DNA of 20,245 bases from Candidatus Asgardarchaeum abyssi (GCA_040225955.1 JBECUL010000040.1:1-20245), one strand, 5' to 3'; positions 8,709 to 16,576 are shown, numbered from the stretch's first letter. Program-made: numbers and translations. The notes: generated from the letters alone by a model not told the origin.

Positions 8709-10928
8709 ATGAGTGTTAAAAAAGCATTAATTTCGCTTTTAGAATTACTAAAAAATGCGATATACTCCCCAATAGTTTCAATAGAGAGAGCTGCGTTAGT
8801 TAGAGGGATTTCTCTATTATTAATTCTAGTTATTGCGTTACTTATCCGTATTTCACCCTATTTTATGTATCCTATAGTTTTAAAGGCCTTTGACCCATGG
8901 ATGCAATACCGGTTGGCAGAGCATATGCTAAACTACGGCATATTCTCATTTTTTGACTGGTATGACACACTTTCATGGTATCCATATGGTAGGTGGTATG
9001 TAAAATCTGCATATCCCGGCACTCCAATGACGGCTGTAGTATTCTATTATTTCTTTAGATACGTTTTAGGACTTAATGTTACACTGTTGACAGTTGCTTA
9101 TTTTATACCAGCAATATTTGGCGTATTTACAACTTTTCTTAGTTACTTTCTAGGTAAAGAAATAGGCGGAAGTAGAACTGGTTTGCTAAGTGCTTTGTTT
9201 ATTGCAATTGTACCTGGTTATCTTCAAAGAACGATAGTTGGATTTTTTGATAATGAAGCGCCGGGAATTTTCTTTATGTTACTTACCTTTTATTTCTTTA
9301 TAAAGGCTTTAAAATACGGATCAATAACGTCTGCTGTGTTAGCTGGTTTTTCTTTAGGGGCTTTAGCAGCTACATGGGGCGCGTCTGTTTATGCAATGAA
9401 TCTAATTCCACTTACCGCATTTGTATTGGTTATACTAAAACGATATTCACGAAGGCTTTTAATAGCATATATTCCGACAATGGGCATTGGTCTCTTTATT
9501 GCCATAACAGTTCCTAGAATTGGTATAAATAAGTTATATTCAAATTTTGGATTACCTGCCGTTGGTATATTTATTTTGCTATTAATAATTGAGTTATGGA
9601 CAATATTTTCAACAAGGATTATTAGTAAAGTCTCTAAGTTTTTATCACTTATTCTTGAAAAAATCCCTGAGCGAGTCTATGAATATAAATTTCTTTTATT
9701 TTATATTTTCATTTCAATGATTGCAGCCGTACTTGTTGCGATATTCTACTACAACATAATTCCTGAAATAGAATCGTCATTGATTTCATTTTTTGGATCT
9801 AAGTTTTGGGGGACCTTGTCTCCGTTTTATCGAGAGAAAAATCAACTATTTGCGAGCGTAGGTGAGCACCTTACATCTCCATGGTCAATTTTCTATTATA
9901 ATATGCACTTTATAACAATATTCTTCCTTATTGGTCTCTATTTTCTCTTTAAACGTGGCAAGGATGAAGATATTTTCATCTTGTTAATGGGTCTAACCAC
10001 CCTATATTTCGCTGGCTCACTCATTAGGCTTGTACTTATCTTATCCCCTGCAGCCTCACTAATAGGTGCCTATGGTATAGTTGCAATATATTCACCTTTT
10101 GTGAAACTATTTAAAATAAAACCAACAATAGTTGTAAGACGTAGAAAACGAGTAAGTAAAATGATGAGTAAGGAGTTTATAGCGCTAGCATTTGCTGCAC
10201 TATTTATATTACTTGTCTTACAAACTTTTCATATTGTTACCGTTGATATGAGAATAGGTTCACCTGAAATTATTCCATCTGAAAATCTTACAGACTGGCC
10301 AGAAGCAATGGAATATGTTAACTTATATTTCCCAAAAAATGCTGTAATAGTCTCATGGTGGGACTATGGATATTGGATAACGACCCTAGGGAAAAGAGCA
10401 ACTGTTGCAGATGGCGCTACTATGAATAAAACACAGATTGCTATGATAGGATATGCTTTTATGGCTCCCAATATAACAGAAACACTCCGAGTACTTAGGA
10501 AATTTAGAGCGACTCATATCCTTGTGTATTTTGGTCTTTTCCAACAAGGTCTTGGTGGCGATGAAAATAAATGGATTTGGATGGTTAGAATAGCTGCTGA
10601 TGTCTTTGGAAATGATACAATTAATCCTGATGATTATTATAATGAGACCGGTGGAGAAGTTAAACCCATGTTCTTTAATTCTACTATATATAAACTGCTT
10701 GTATACAGAGAGCCAGGTGGGCCCTATGCCCAAGTGGTTCAACATGCGTTATACAATCCTCAGTCTGCATATTATGAGTGGAGTAAACATATGCCTGGTC
10801 CCGATGATCTTAAATTCCTTGAGTTAGAATATATTTCAACAAATCACTTAGTTAAGATATACAAAATTAAGTGGGATGAATGGGAACGTTATGTCATTGA
10901 GAATAATATTACCTTAGAATGGCCTTAA
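8709..10928 (+). CDS. aglB: Oligosaccharyltransferase AglB (STT3 family)
   Basis: FDPW, D..SWYP.GR, YPG, GFFDNE, SVGEH, SWWDYGYWI, DENKWIWM (DK motif); polytopic membrane N-terminal region. ATG at 8709 follows GGAG. Confidence 0.96.
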   Translation: MSVKKALISLLELLKNAIYSPIVSIERAALVRGISLLLILVIALLIRISPYFMYPIVLKAFDPWMQYRLAEHMLNYGIFSFFDWYDTLSWYPYGRWYVKSAYPGTPMTAVVFYYFFRYVLGLNVTLLTVAYFIPAIFGVFTTFLSYFLGKEIGGSRTGLLSALFIAIVPGYLQRTIVGFFDNEAPGIFFMLLTFYFFIKALKYGSITSAVLAGFSLGALAATWGASVYAMNLIPLTAFVLVILKRYSRRLLIAYIPTMGIGLFIAITVPRIGINKLYSNFGLPAVGIFILLLIIELWTIFSTRIISKVSKFLSLILEKIPERVYEYKFLLFYIFISMIAAVLVAIFYYNIIPEIESSLISFFGSKFWGTLSPFYREKNQLFASVGEHLTSPWSIFYYNMHFITIFFLIGLYFLFKRGKDEDIFILLMGLTTLYFAGSLIRLVLILSPAASLIGAYGIVAIYSPFVKLFKIKPTIVVRRRKRVSKMMSKEFIALAFAALFILLVLQTFHIVTVDMRIGSPEIIPSENLTDWPEAMEYVNLYFPKNAVIVSWWDYGYWITTLGKRATVADGATMNKTQIAMIGYAFMAPNITETLRVLRKFRATHILVYFGLFQQGLGGDENKWIWMVRIAADVFGNDTINPDDYYNETGGEVKPMFFNSTIYKLLVYREPGGPYAQVVQHALYNPQSAYYEWSKHMPGPDDLKFLELEYISTNHLVKIYKIKWDEWERYVIENNITLEWP

Positions 10929-10941
10929 ATGGGTTTTGAAA

Positions 10942-11112
10942 ATGGTTAAGCAATTACGTAAATGTACAGTTTGTGGACGGTATACGATGAAAAAAGACAA
11001 ATGTCCTGTCTGTGGTGGAGAACTTACTTTGCCCTATCCCCCCCGTTTTTCGCCAGAGAATAAATATCAAAAGTATAGAATTAAGCTTAAAAAAGAAAAG
11101 GGGCTTATTTAA
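10942..11112 (+). CDS. nop10: H/ACA RNP protein Nop10 (56 aa, missing from the ORF track)
   Basis: Manual translation gives MVKQLRKCTVCGRYTMKKDKCPVCGGELTLPYPPRFSPENKYQKYRIKLKKEKGLI*, matching the CxxC-YT-CPxCG-PPRFSPxxKYxxYR Nop10 signature. Confidence 0.95.
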   Translation: MVKQLRKCTVCGRYTMKKDKCPVCGGELTLPYPPRFSPENKYQKYRIKLKKEKGLI

Positions 11113-11114
11113 CT

Positions 11115-11903
11115 TTATTTCTCTCTTTTAAAGGAAAATATTAAACCATTTTCACGAGAAAATGATTCAATTTGAGTTGTAATTCTTTTAAGAGCTTCTT
11201 CGGCTGTTCTATAATCTCCCGCTATTACTTCCACTTTATACCTAGGAGCACCCACTGTATACATTTTTATTTCAACATCTTTCCTGCGAAATGCATTCTT
11301 ACTGTTTAGTAGTGCCTGCTTTATAAGCTCTACACCATTCGATGATGTTGATTGAAGTATTATAGTTCCAGATATTTCTACTTTAGGTATCTTTACCTGT
11401 GTTTTTATTATGTTATATATCTCTTTTGCTAAATTCTTATCTAATCCAGCATCTATTAAAATCTTCTCTCCTTTCTCTACTGCTGTTTCAAAAGCTAGAT
11501 AGACTTCACCATACTTTTTTTGTAGAATCCAGCATATTTCGTCTACCTTATCTGTAGGCATATTTGCTCGTTCTAAAGCTATTTCAATTATCTTTCTGGC
11601 TTTTTGTTCTCGTTTCCATGATTGTATTTTTAGGATTTTTTGTTGCTTTGTTACTCTTCTCATTGACAAATCTATTTGTCCTTTTTCTGGAATTACCCTA
11701 AGAACTTTGGCTACCACTTTCTGCCCTTCTCTCACATGATCTCTTATGTTTTTGACCCATGTGGTTGATATTTCAGAGATATGTATCATTCCTTCTATAT
11801 GATTATATTCGTCTAAAGCTACATAAGCACCATATGGTTTTATATTAGTAACTGTTGCAATAACAAGTTCTCCTTCTTCTGGTAATTTTCTTTTTTTTCT
11901 CAT
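11115..11903 (-). CDS. eif2a: Translation initiation factor aIF-2 alpha
   Basis: LPEEGELVIATV, YGAYV.LDEY, IHISEIS..WVKNIRD.VREGQKVV.KV.RV...KGQIDLS.RRV, GAPRY. The ATG at 11903 is preferred over GTG at 11912. Confidence 0.97.
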   Translation of the reverse strand: MRKKRKLPEEGELVIATVTNIKPYGAYVALDEYNHIEGMIHISEISTTWVKNIRDHVREGQKVVAKVLRVIPEKGQIDLSMRRVTKQQKILKIQSWKREQKARKIIEIALERANMPTDKVDEICWILQKKYGEVYLAFETAVEKGEKILIDAGLDKNLAKEIYNIIKTQVKIPKVEISGTIILQSTSSNGVELIKQALLNSKNAFRRKDVEIKMYTVGAPRYKVEVIAGDYRTAEEALKRITTQIESFSRENGLIFSFKREK

Positions 11904-11927
11904 ATATTCCACCCTATAATTATAAGC

Positions 11928-11968
11928 ATCTTAAAATGAAGTATTTTGATTTGTTTTCAGTTTAAGAT
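11928..11968. repeat. 13-bp inverted repeat (12/13 match, 15-nt spacer) between rps27e and aIF2-alpha
   Basis: ATCTTAAAATGAA (11928-11940) versus TTCAGTTTAAGAT (11956-11968; reverse complement ATCTTAAACTGAA). Confidence 0.55.
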
Positions 11969-12031
11969 AAAACAATATATTTTCTATAAAGCTTATTATA
12001 GTACAATAAAGTTCCTTAGGAATATAAATAG

Positions 12032-12229
12032 TTATGTTAATTCTTCTATTATTTCTCCATATATTTTAGATTTTCCACCTGTTGGTTCAGCTAATACTTC
12101 CCCACATACGTTACAAATAACGCGTATACTGCATCTATCAAAAATTATCTGCTCATTACCACATTTACATCTTACTCTTAAGAATTTACTTCGTGGTTGG
12201 GGTATTAGAATCTTTTTTTTCGAAGGCAT
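12032..12229 (-). CDS. rps27e: 30S ribosomal protein S27e
   Basis: IPQPRSKFLRVRC.CGNEQIIF......V.C.VCG.VLAEPTGGK. Confidence 0.97.
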   Translation of the reverse strand: MPSKKKILIPQPRSKFLRVRCKCGNEQIIFDRCSIRVICNVCGEVLAEPTGGKSKIYGEIIEELT

Positions 12230-12235
12230 GAGGCA

Positions 12236-12514
12236 TTACCTCATAATCTCTAATTTTTTTAAGCGAATTCCTTCTCTCATTATTATATAACCACATTCTT
12301 TACACTTTAATTTGAGAGTTTGCTTTTTAGTGACTTTTGCTGTTTTTCTCTGTATAGGCTTTGGCTGTCCTCCATATCCTTTTTTCTTTCTAGCATATCT
12401 TCTCGCACCAGCTTTTAGAGGCGATTCTTTTCCTTTCTTGTATATTGAAACTGTATGTATTGTGTGTGTTTTACACCTGGGGCAATATGTTCTTATTTCC
12501 TTTGTGATCTTCAT
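12236..12514 (-). CDS. rpl44e: 50S ribosomal protein L44e
   Basis: TYCPRCKTHT.H.V..YKKGK, G.RRY.RK.KGYGGQPKP, AKVTKK..L.LKC.ECG; GGAGG SD upstream. Confidence 0.97.
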   Translation of the reverse strand: MKITKEIRTYCPRCKTHTIHTVSIYKKGKESPLKAGARRYARKKKGYGGQPKPIQRKTAKVTKKQTLKLKCKECGYIIMREGIRLKKLEIMR

Positions 12515-12576
12515 TTTTACTGTCCTCCGAAAAGGCTAAAAAATTGTATTAAATTCCACTTATTAATCTTATGGTT

Positions 12577-12724
12577 AGGATGCGGTAACGTCAGAAAATA
12601 GATGATGCACCAAATATATGATTCGCCACCACCTCGCGTGGGCGTTTCTTTTGTTCTGGGGCATACGCTACTTATCGTCGTACCTCCTTTTTAAATCAGC
12701 AATTCTCGGATGTTACCAAGATGC
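12577..12724 (-). mobile_element. Miniature inverted-repeat element, copy B (134 bp, 12584-12717) with 7-bp TSD A(G/A)GATGC
   Basis: Plus-strand left end GGTAACGTCAGAAAATAGATGAT; reverse complement of right end GGTAACATCCGAGAATTGCTGAT. Flanks are AGGATGC (12577-12583) and AAGATGC (12718-12724). The interior is more GC-rich than the host. Confidence 0.78.
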
Positions 12725-12732
12725 AGTCAATC

Positions 12733-13371
12733 TCACTCATCTTCAAGTTTCTCTTCCAGATTAATTTGCTCTGCTAATCCATCGTTAATCAATAAGTTTG
12801 CATTTTCTTTTGGAAGTTTCGCAATATCTCCTCTCTTAAATGGACCATATGTATTCAAATCCACCCCTGTTATCTCTGGAAGGTCTTGTTTTATTCTGAC
12901 AATAATATACTCTTTACAAGCTTCCTTAGTTAACTCTAAGTCATGTCTTATAGGTTTTATTTTTTCTTCTTTTATTTCCACAATAGAAGGTATCCCTTGA
13001 TCAAGAGATATTCTCTCTCCTTTACTAATCGAATCAATAACTTTTTCAAGAATATGTGATATTTCAAGCAAAAAAACAGTTATTTTTAATTCAAAATCTG
13101 TTAATCGTTCAAAATCGGGTTTTTCATTTTCGTCAAAAATATACCTCATTATTTTCTTAAATCGTCTAAGAATTAATTCTTGTATCATAAATAGTACATA
13201 TTTTAATTCTCTTTTCTTTAATTCTTTCAATATTTCATTATCTGCCTCAGAAATTTCGTTTTTTAGGCTGTTAATGTAATCACTAACTCTGTCAAAAAAA
13301 TCTCTCTGCAATGGTCTTATTTCTTTGCATTCCTTCTCTTTCTTCCATGCAGAATAAATTTCTTTATACAT
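12733..13371 (-). CDS. GINS subunit Gins51 (Gins15)
   Basis: Helical A-domain (W.KE.....L...FF.....YI..L, R..KI) and C-terminal B-domain (IVRI..DLPEI.GVD..TYGPFK.GDIA.LP.ENA.LLI..G.AE); downstream of priS. Start is the ATG at 13371 or 13386. Confidence 0.9.
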   Translation of the reverse strand: MYKEIYSAWKKEKECKEIRPLQRDFFDRVSDYINSLKNEISEADNEILKELKKRELKYVLFMIQELILRRFKKIMRYIFDENEKPDFERLTDFELKITVFLLEISHILEKVIDSISKGERISLDQGIPSIVEIKEEKIKPIRHDLELTKEACKEYIIVRIKQDLPEITGVDLNTYGPFKRGDIAKLPKENANLLINDGLAEQINLEEKLEDE

Positions 13372-13396
13372 GTATATAACCACCATAAACTACATT

Positions 13397-14635
13397 TCAA
13401 TAAATTTCTGCATAATCCTTACCTACCAATAAGACCGCAACACTATCTGGGACTTCTACAATATCTCCTGGATTAAAGGGACCAAACAATTCCCCGTTTA
13501 AAACGATCTCTGGCGTTTTTTCAATAATTTTTATAATGTGATGTCCTTTCTTAAAAATAACCGAATCCTTCAGGGGATCAAATTTTTCCAGATCAGTATA
13601 ATTTATGATTGATACTTTTAATCCTGTTTTTCCATGGAGTGATGAGGGTAATCTCATAAGCCTTTTTATATCAGCAGTTACAACGCTATCTATTTTACAT
13701 GAAAAATCTTCAATTGCATACCTTAATATAATATTTAATGTATCATACCTTAATATAGATGTAGGTACAACTCCTTCCTGAAGTTTTTTGATTATTATTT
13801 CTTTATTAGTTGTTATTACCTCAACTTTTTCATGTCCTATATCTCTTTTTAGTTTTTCAATTTGCCTATTGTTTAGGTTTTTAAGAAAATTTATTAAAGC
13901 TTTTATGCTTTTTCCTCTCCAAGCAGGCTCATTCAGCAATGGTAAGATAATCTTTCCTTTTGTATGAACTATTCCTTGAAGTTTAGGATCCACACCTTGG
14001 CCCAGAAGATAGTTTACGATCTCTCTACGTGCATTTTGATCCATTTCCCTAATAATCTCTGAATTAACATGAATATGATAGCCCCTATGTCCGCTGAATG
14101 TGATTGTTAACTCGTTATAATTAAATCCAAAGTCTGGTATTAAAAAGTCATCAATGAGTTTAAATGTTTCATTCTTAGCAGCTTCTAAACATTTTTCACA
14201 GAACCAAGTCTTTACACTAATTTTTGTTAATCCACACTTTGGGCATATATTTGGAGCTATACCCTTACCACTAAAGCCACAATTTTGACATATCCATGAA
14301 TCATGAGAATCCTTACAGTCCGTGGGTATATGGTCTGCATCAATATCAAATACTAATTCAGCACCTATCCAAATTTTTTCCTGCATGCTTTTTGCATCTG
14401 GAAACTCATAATAAGCACTACTATAGTACGCATTTCTAGGGACTTTTCTCTTTAAATATAAAAAATACTCTTTCTCATTGCGAAATGAGATATGCCTTAT
14501 CATAACATTCTCTTCAAATAGAGAAAATCCAAATTCTCTTCTTGTTATTTCTTCTGGTATATATTTTTCAATCCATAACTTATTATAATACTCTGAAAAC
14601 TTATTTTTGAGGAACATTATGCTTTTTCGATTCAT
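13397..14635 (-). CDS. priS: DNA primase catalytic (small) subunit PriS
   Basis: REFGF, RH.SF, YYSSAYY..P, K.W.GAELVFDIDAD, FSGHRGYHIHV, ID.VVT.D.KRL.RLP.SLHGKTGL; Zn-binding insert; GINS-B-like C-terminal domain. Confidence 0.97.
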   Translation of the reverse strand: MNRKSIMFLKNKFSEYYNKLWIEKYIPEEITRREFGFSLFEENVMIRHISFRNEKEYFLYLKRKVPRNAYYSSAYYEFPDAKSMQEKIWIGAELVFDIDADHIPTDCKDSHDSWICQNCGFSGKGIAPNICPKCGLTKISVKTWFCEKCLEAAKNETFKLIDDFLIPDFGFNYNELTITFSGHRGYHIHVNSEIIREMDQNARREIVNYLLGQGVDPKLQGIVHTKGKIILPLLNEPAWRGKSIKALINFLKNLNNRQIEKLKRDIGHEKVEVITTNKEIIIKKLQEGVVPTSILRYDTLNIILRYAIEDFSCKIDSVVTADIKRLMRLPSSLHGKTGLKVSIINYTDLEKFDPLKDSVIFKKGHHIIKIIEKTPEIVLNGELFGPFNPGDIVEVPDSVAVLLVGKDYAEIY

Positions 14636-15677
14636 TCGTCTTCATCCCTCTAAGTCTTCTAAAATAGTACCTTATTGGATTTTTTTTTTTTTTTCATTGC
14701 ATTTCTTCAGTGCATATTCCATGTACTTTAAGTGTCTTGCACGATGGCGGTGTATATTTTGTTCCATTTCCTCTTTATCCTGCAATATGCTCAACTTGAT
14801 ATCTGGCAATGTCCTCATCAAAGTCTGGGGATAAGCGCCAAATATCAATAACGTCATCAACACTAAAGCCTGCATTCAAAAGAAAACTTGTTATTGCAAA
14901 TCTCGCAATATGCGGCAGATTTTCACCTTTTTTGATTTTATTTAAAATGTAACGCATACAAGGTGGAAATATATCCGAGCTTTTTCTCTTTATTTTCTTT
15001 TCTGAATAAAATTTCATTTCGGTTTTTTCAATAATCTCTTTTATCTCTTTAACGGCCGTTTCTAATTGAGCTGGTATTCTCTTAATTTTTGTTTTTGTTA
15101 TTTTTTCAAATACTTTTTCTCTTACTTTTTCGGAAAGCAATCTAGCAATTTCTTTTTTACTTAAATAAACATACCCCTCTTTTATAAGTTTATTAACTAA
15201 TTGCCAATATTTGTCATTGATATTCCTGCTTCCATCTAAATAATTTATAAAATGAATTCTAAATTCATATGCTGTTTCATTAATTTTAAATAGTCCGTGA
15301 CTAATATCCCATCCAAAAGTATTTCTTGCTATATTTACTAAGACTATGTTATCCTCATCTTTCAAATAATTAAAGGCTCTTTTCTGTTCAAATGTGCTTA
15401 TAAGTCTTGCTAAGTAAAAGCTTTCTGTTGCTGTTACTAAAATTAAGGTTATGTAATATACATAAACTTCTTCGAAGCTTTCTTCAGTTTGATGGGATGC
15501 TTTCTTTTTTTCTAATATTTTGATTACTCTTTTCTTAGCTTTATCGATTAGGGCTTGCTGGCTGAGAAGATATTCAATATCTATATTATTCTTCTTTAAA
15601 AAATCAATCGTAATATGACTCCACGGATATCTAATCATTAATTTGATTGAGGCTCCGCTTAATTGTTTAAGCTCCAT
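14601..15677 (-). CDS. priL: DNA primase large subunit PriL, interrupted as given (in-frame TAA at 14775-14777 and TGA at 14694-14696)
   Basis: RYPW, Y.IHF..YL......W.LVN.....GYVYL, FPPCM......GENLPH.ARF...SFL, PDFDE.IARYQVEHIAG. Past the TAA the same frame continues RGNGTKYTPPSCKTLKVHGICTEEMQ*KKKKNPIRYYFRR to a stop at 14601-14603. Confidence 0.9.
14680..14694. repeat. 15-nt homopolymer (T on +, A on the coding strand) inside the priL 3' region
   Basis: T15 at 14680-14694, the longest homopolymer seen in the window. Confidence 0.95.
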
Positions 15678-15759
15678 ATAATTCACCAAAGAATTAAAGA
15701 GTCTTCAATAAGAAGTAATACTAAAAAAATAAAAAGTTGTCTAAATTTAACTATAAAAA

Positions 15760-16506
15760 TTAAGCTTCTCTTTTAGGTGCTAAATAGTATGTAATCTTGC
15801 CACCACCTGGTATCAGATACTCCATCTTCAATGGCATATCCGTTGCAAAATTAATCGTGAGAACATCGGCAGCCGCTACAGCTGCAATCATATCCTCCAA
15901 GTAATTAAGTGGATAAACAGCTCTGCTATCCTCTTCTACAACATATTCTAACACGGTTTCATCATCTTTGTTTATTTCTACAACTATTTCCCCTATATTA
16001 CTTGAGGATCTAATAGTAAATAGAGTTGACGTGGCTTTCATTTCAACATATTCGCCAACTATTTTTGCGTCTTGAACAGCACTTTTAATTACATCTGGAA
16101 GTAACTTAATGTTAACTTTAAATGGAATGTTAGGCTTTCTAGCTTCCACTTCCTCTGTTTCCTGAAGAGCTATGCTAAATGTTCTTGTCACTTTTCCAAT
16201 GAATCTAACTTTTAAAACATTTTCTTTGTCATCTAAGATCAACTCTACGATGTCGCCAGATTTAGCTCTTCGAGCCACTTTTCTAAACTCATCTAGGTCG
16301 ACCTTGAATAAAGTTTTTTCTTCACATATATATTTATCAAATACGCTGTTTGGCAGTTCTATTTCCACCATGGCTACCTTAGCAGGATCCATTTCTGAGA
16401 GATATAATTTCTCTGGCGTAGCTACAAACGTCCCCTCATCAATTATAGCTAACGCTTTAATGATTGTAGCGAATAACTTCGGATCTGAGATTGATGCTTC
16501 AAACAT
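15760..16506 (-). CDS. pcn: PCNA sliding clamp
   Basis: MFEA...IDEG.F......L..MDPAKVAMV...LP..VF..Y, Y.L.YL.DM, L...FATDMPLK.EY....G.ITYYLAP; GGAGG SD. Confidence 0.97.
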   Translation of the reverse strand: MFEASISDPKLFATIIKALAIIDEGTFVATPEKLYLSEMDPAKVAMVEIELPNSVFDKYICEEKTLFKVDLDEFRKVARRAKSGDIVELILDDKENVLKVRFIGKVTRTFSIALQETEEVEARKPNIPFKVNIKLLPDVIKSAVQDAKIVGEYVEMKATSTLFTIRSSSNIGEIVVEINKDDETVLEYVVEEDSRAVYPLNYLEDMIAAVAAADVLTINFATDMPLKMEYLIPGGGKITYYLAPKREA

Positions 16507-16562
16507 AGTTTTTCCTCCATATATATGTTACTTACTTACTAAAGTAGAAGTATAAGTATATT

Positions 16563-16576
16563 TACTTATATTTTCG
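16563..16576 (-). promoter_or_regulatory. BRE + TATA box upstream of pcna, embedded in an inverted repeat
   Basis: Minus strand CGAAAA-TATAAGTA. TATAAGTA (16551-16558) and TACTTATA (16563-16570) form a perfect 8-bp inverted repeat. Confidence 0.55.

Noticed and set aside
12584-12717. tRNA or C/D-box sRNA in the GC-richer gins-rpl44e spacer
   Set aside because: No cloverleaf or TTCGA T-loop and no properly arranged box C/D pair; TIR plus TSD explains the segment better.
14672-14875. 67-aa minus-strand ORF as a separate priL C-terminal gene or PriX
   Set aside because: It is an alternative frame overlapping priL. The conserved YTPPSC/GIC/KNP..YY motifs are in the main priL frame past the stop, not in this ORF.
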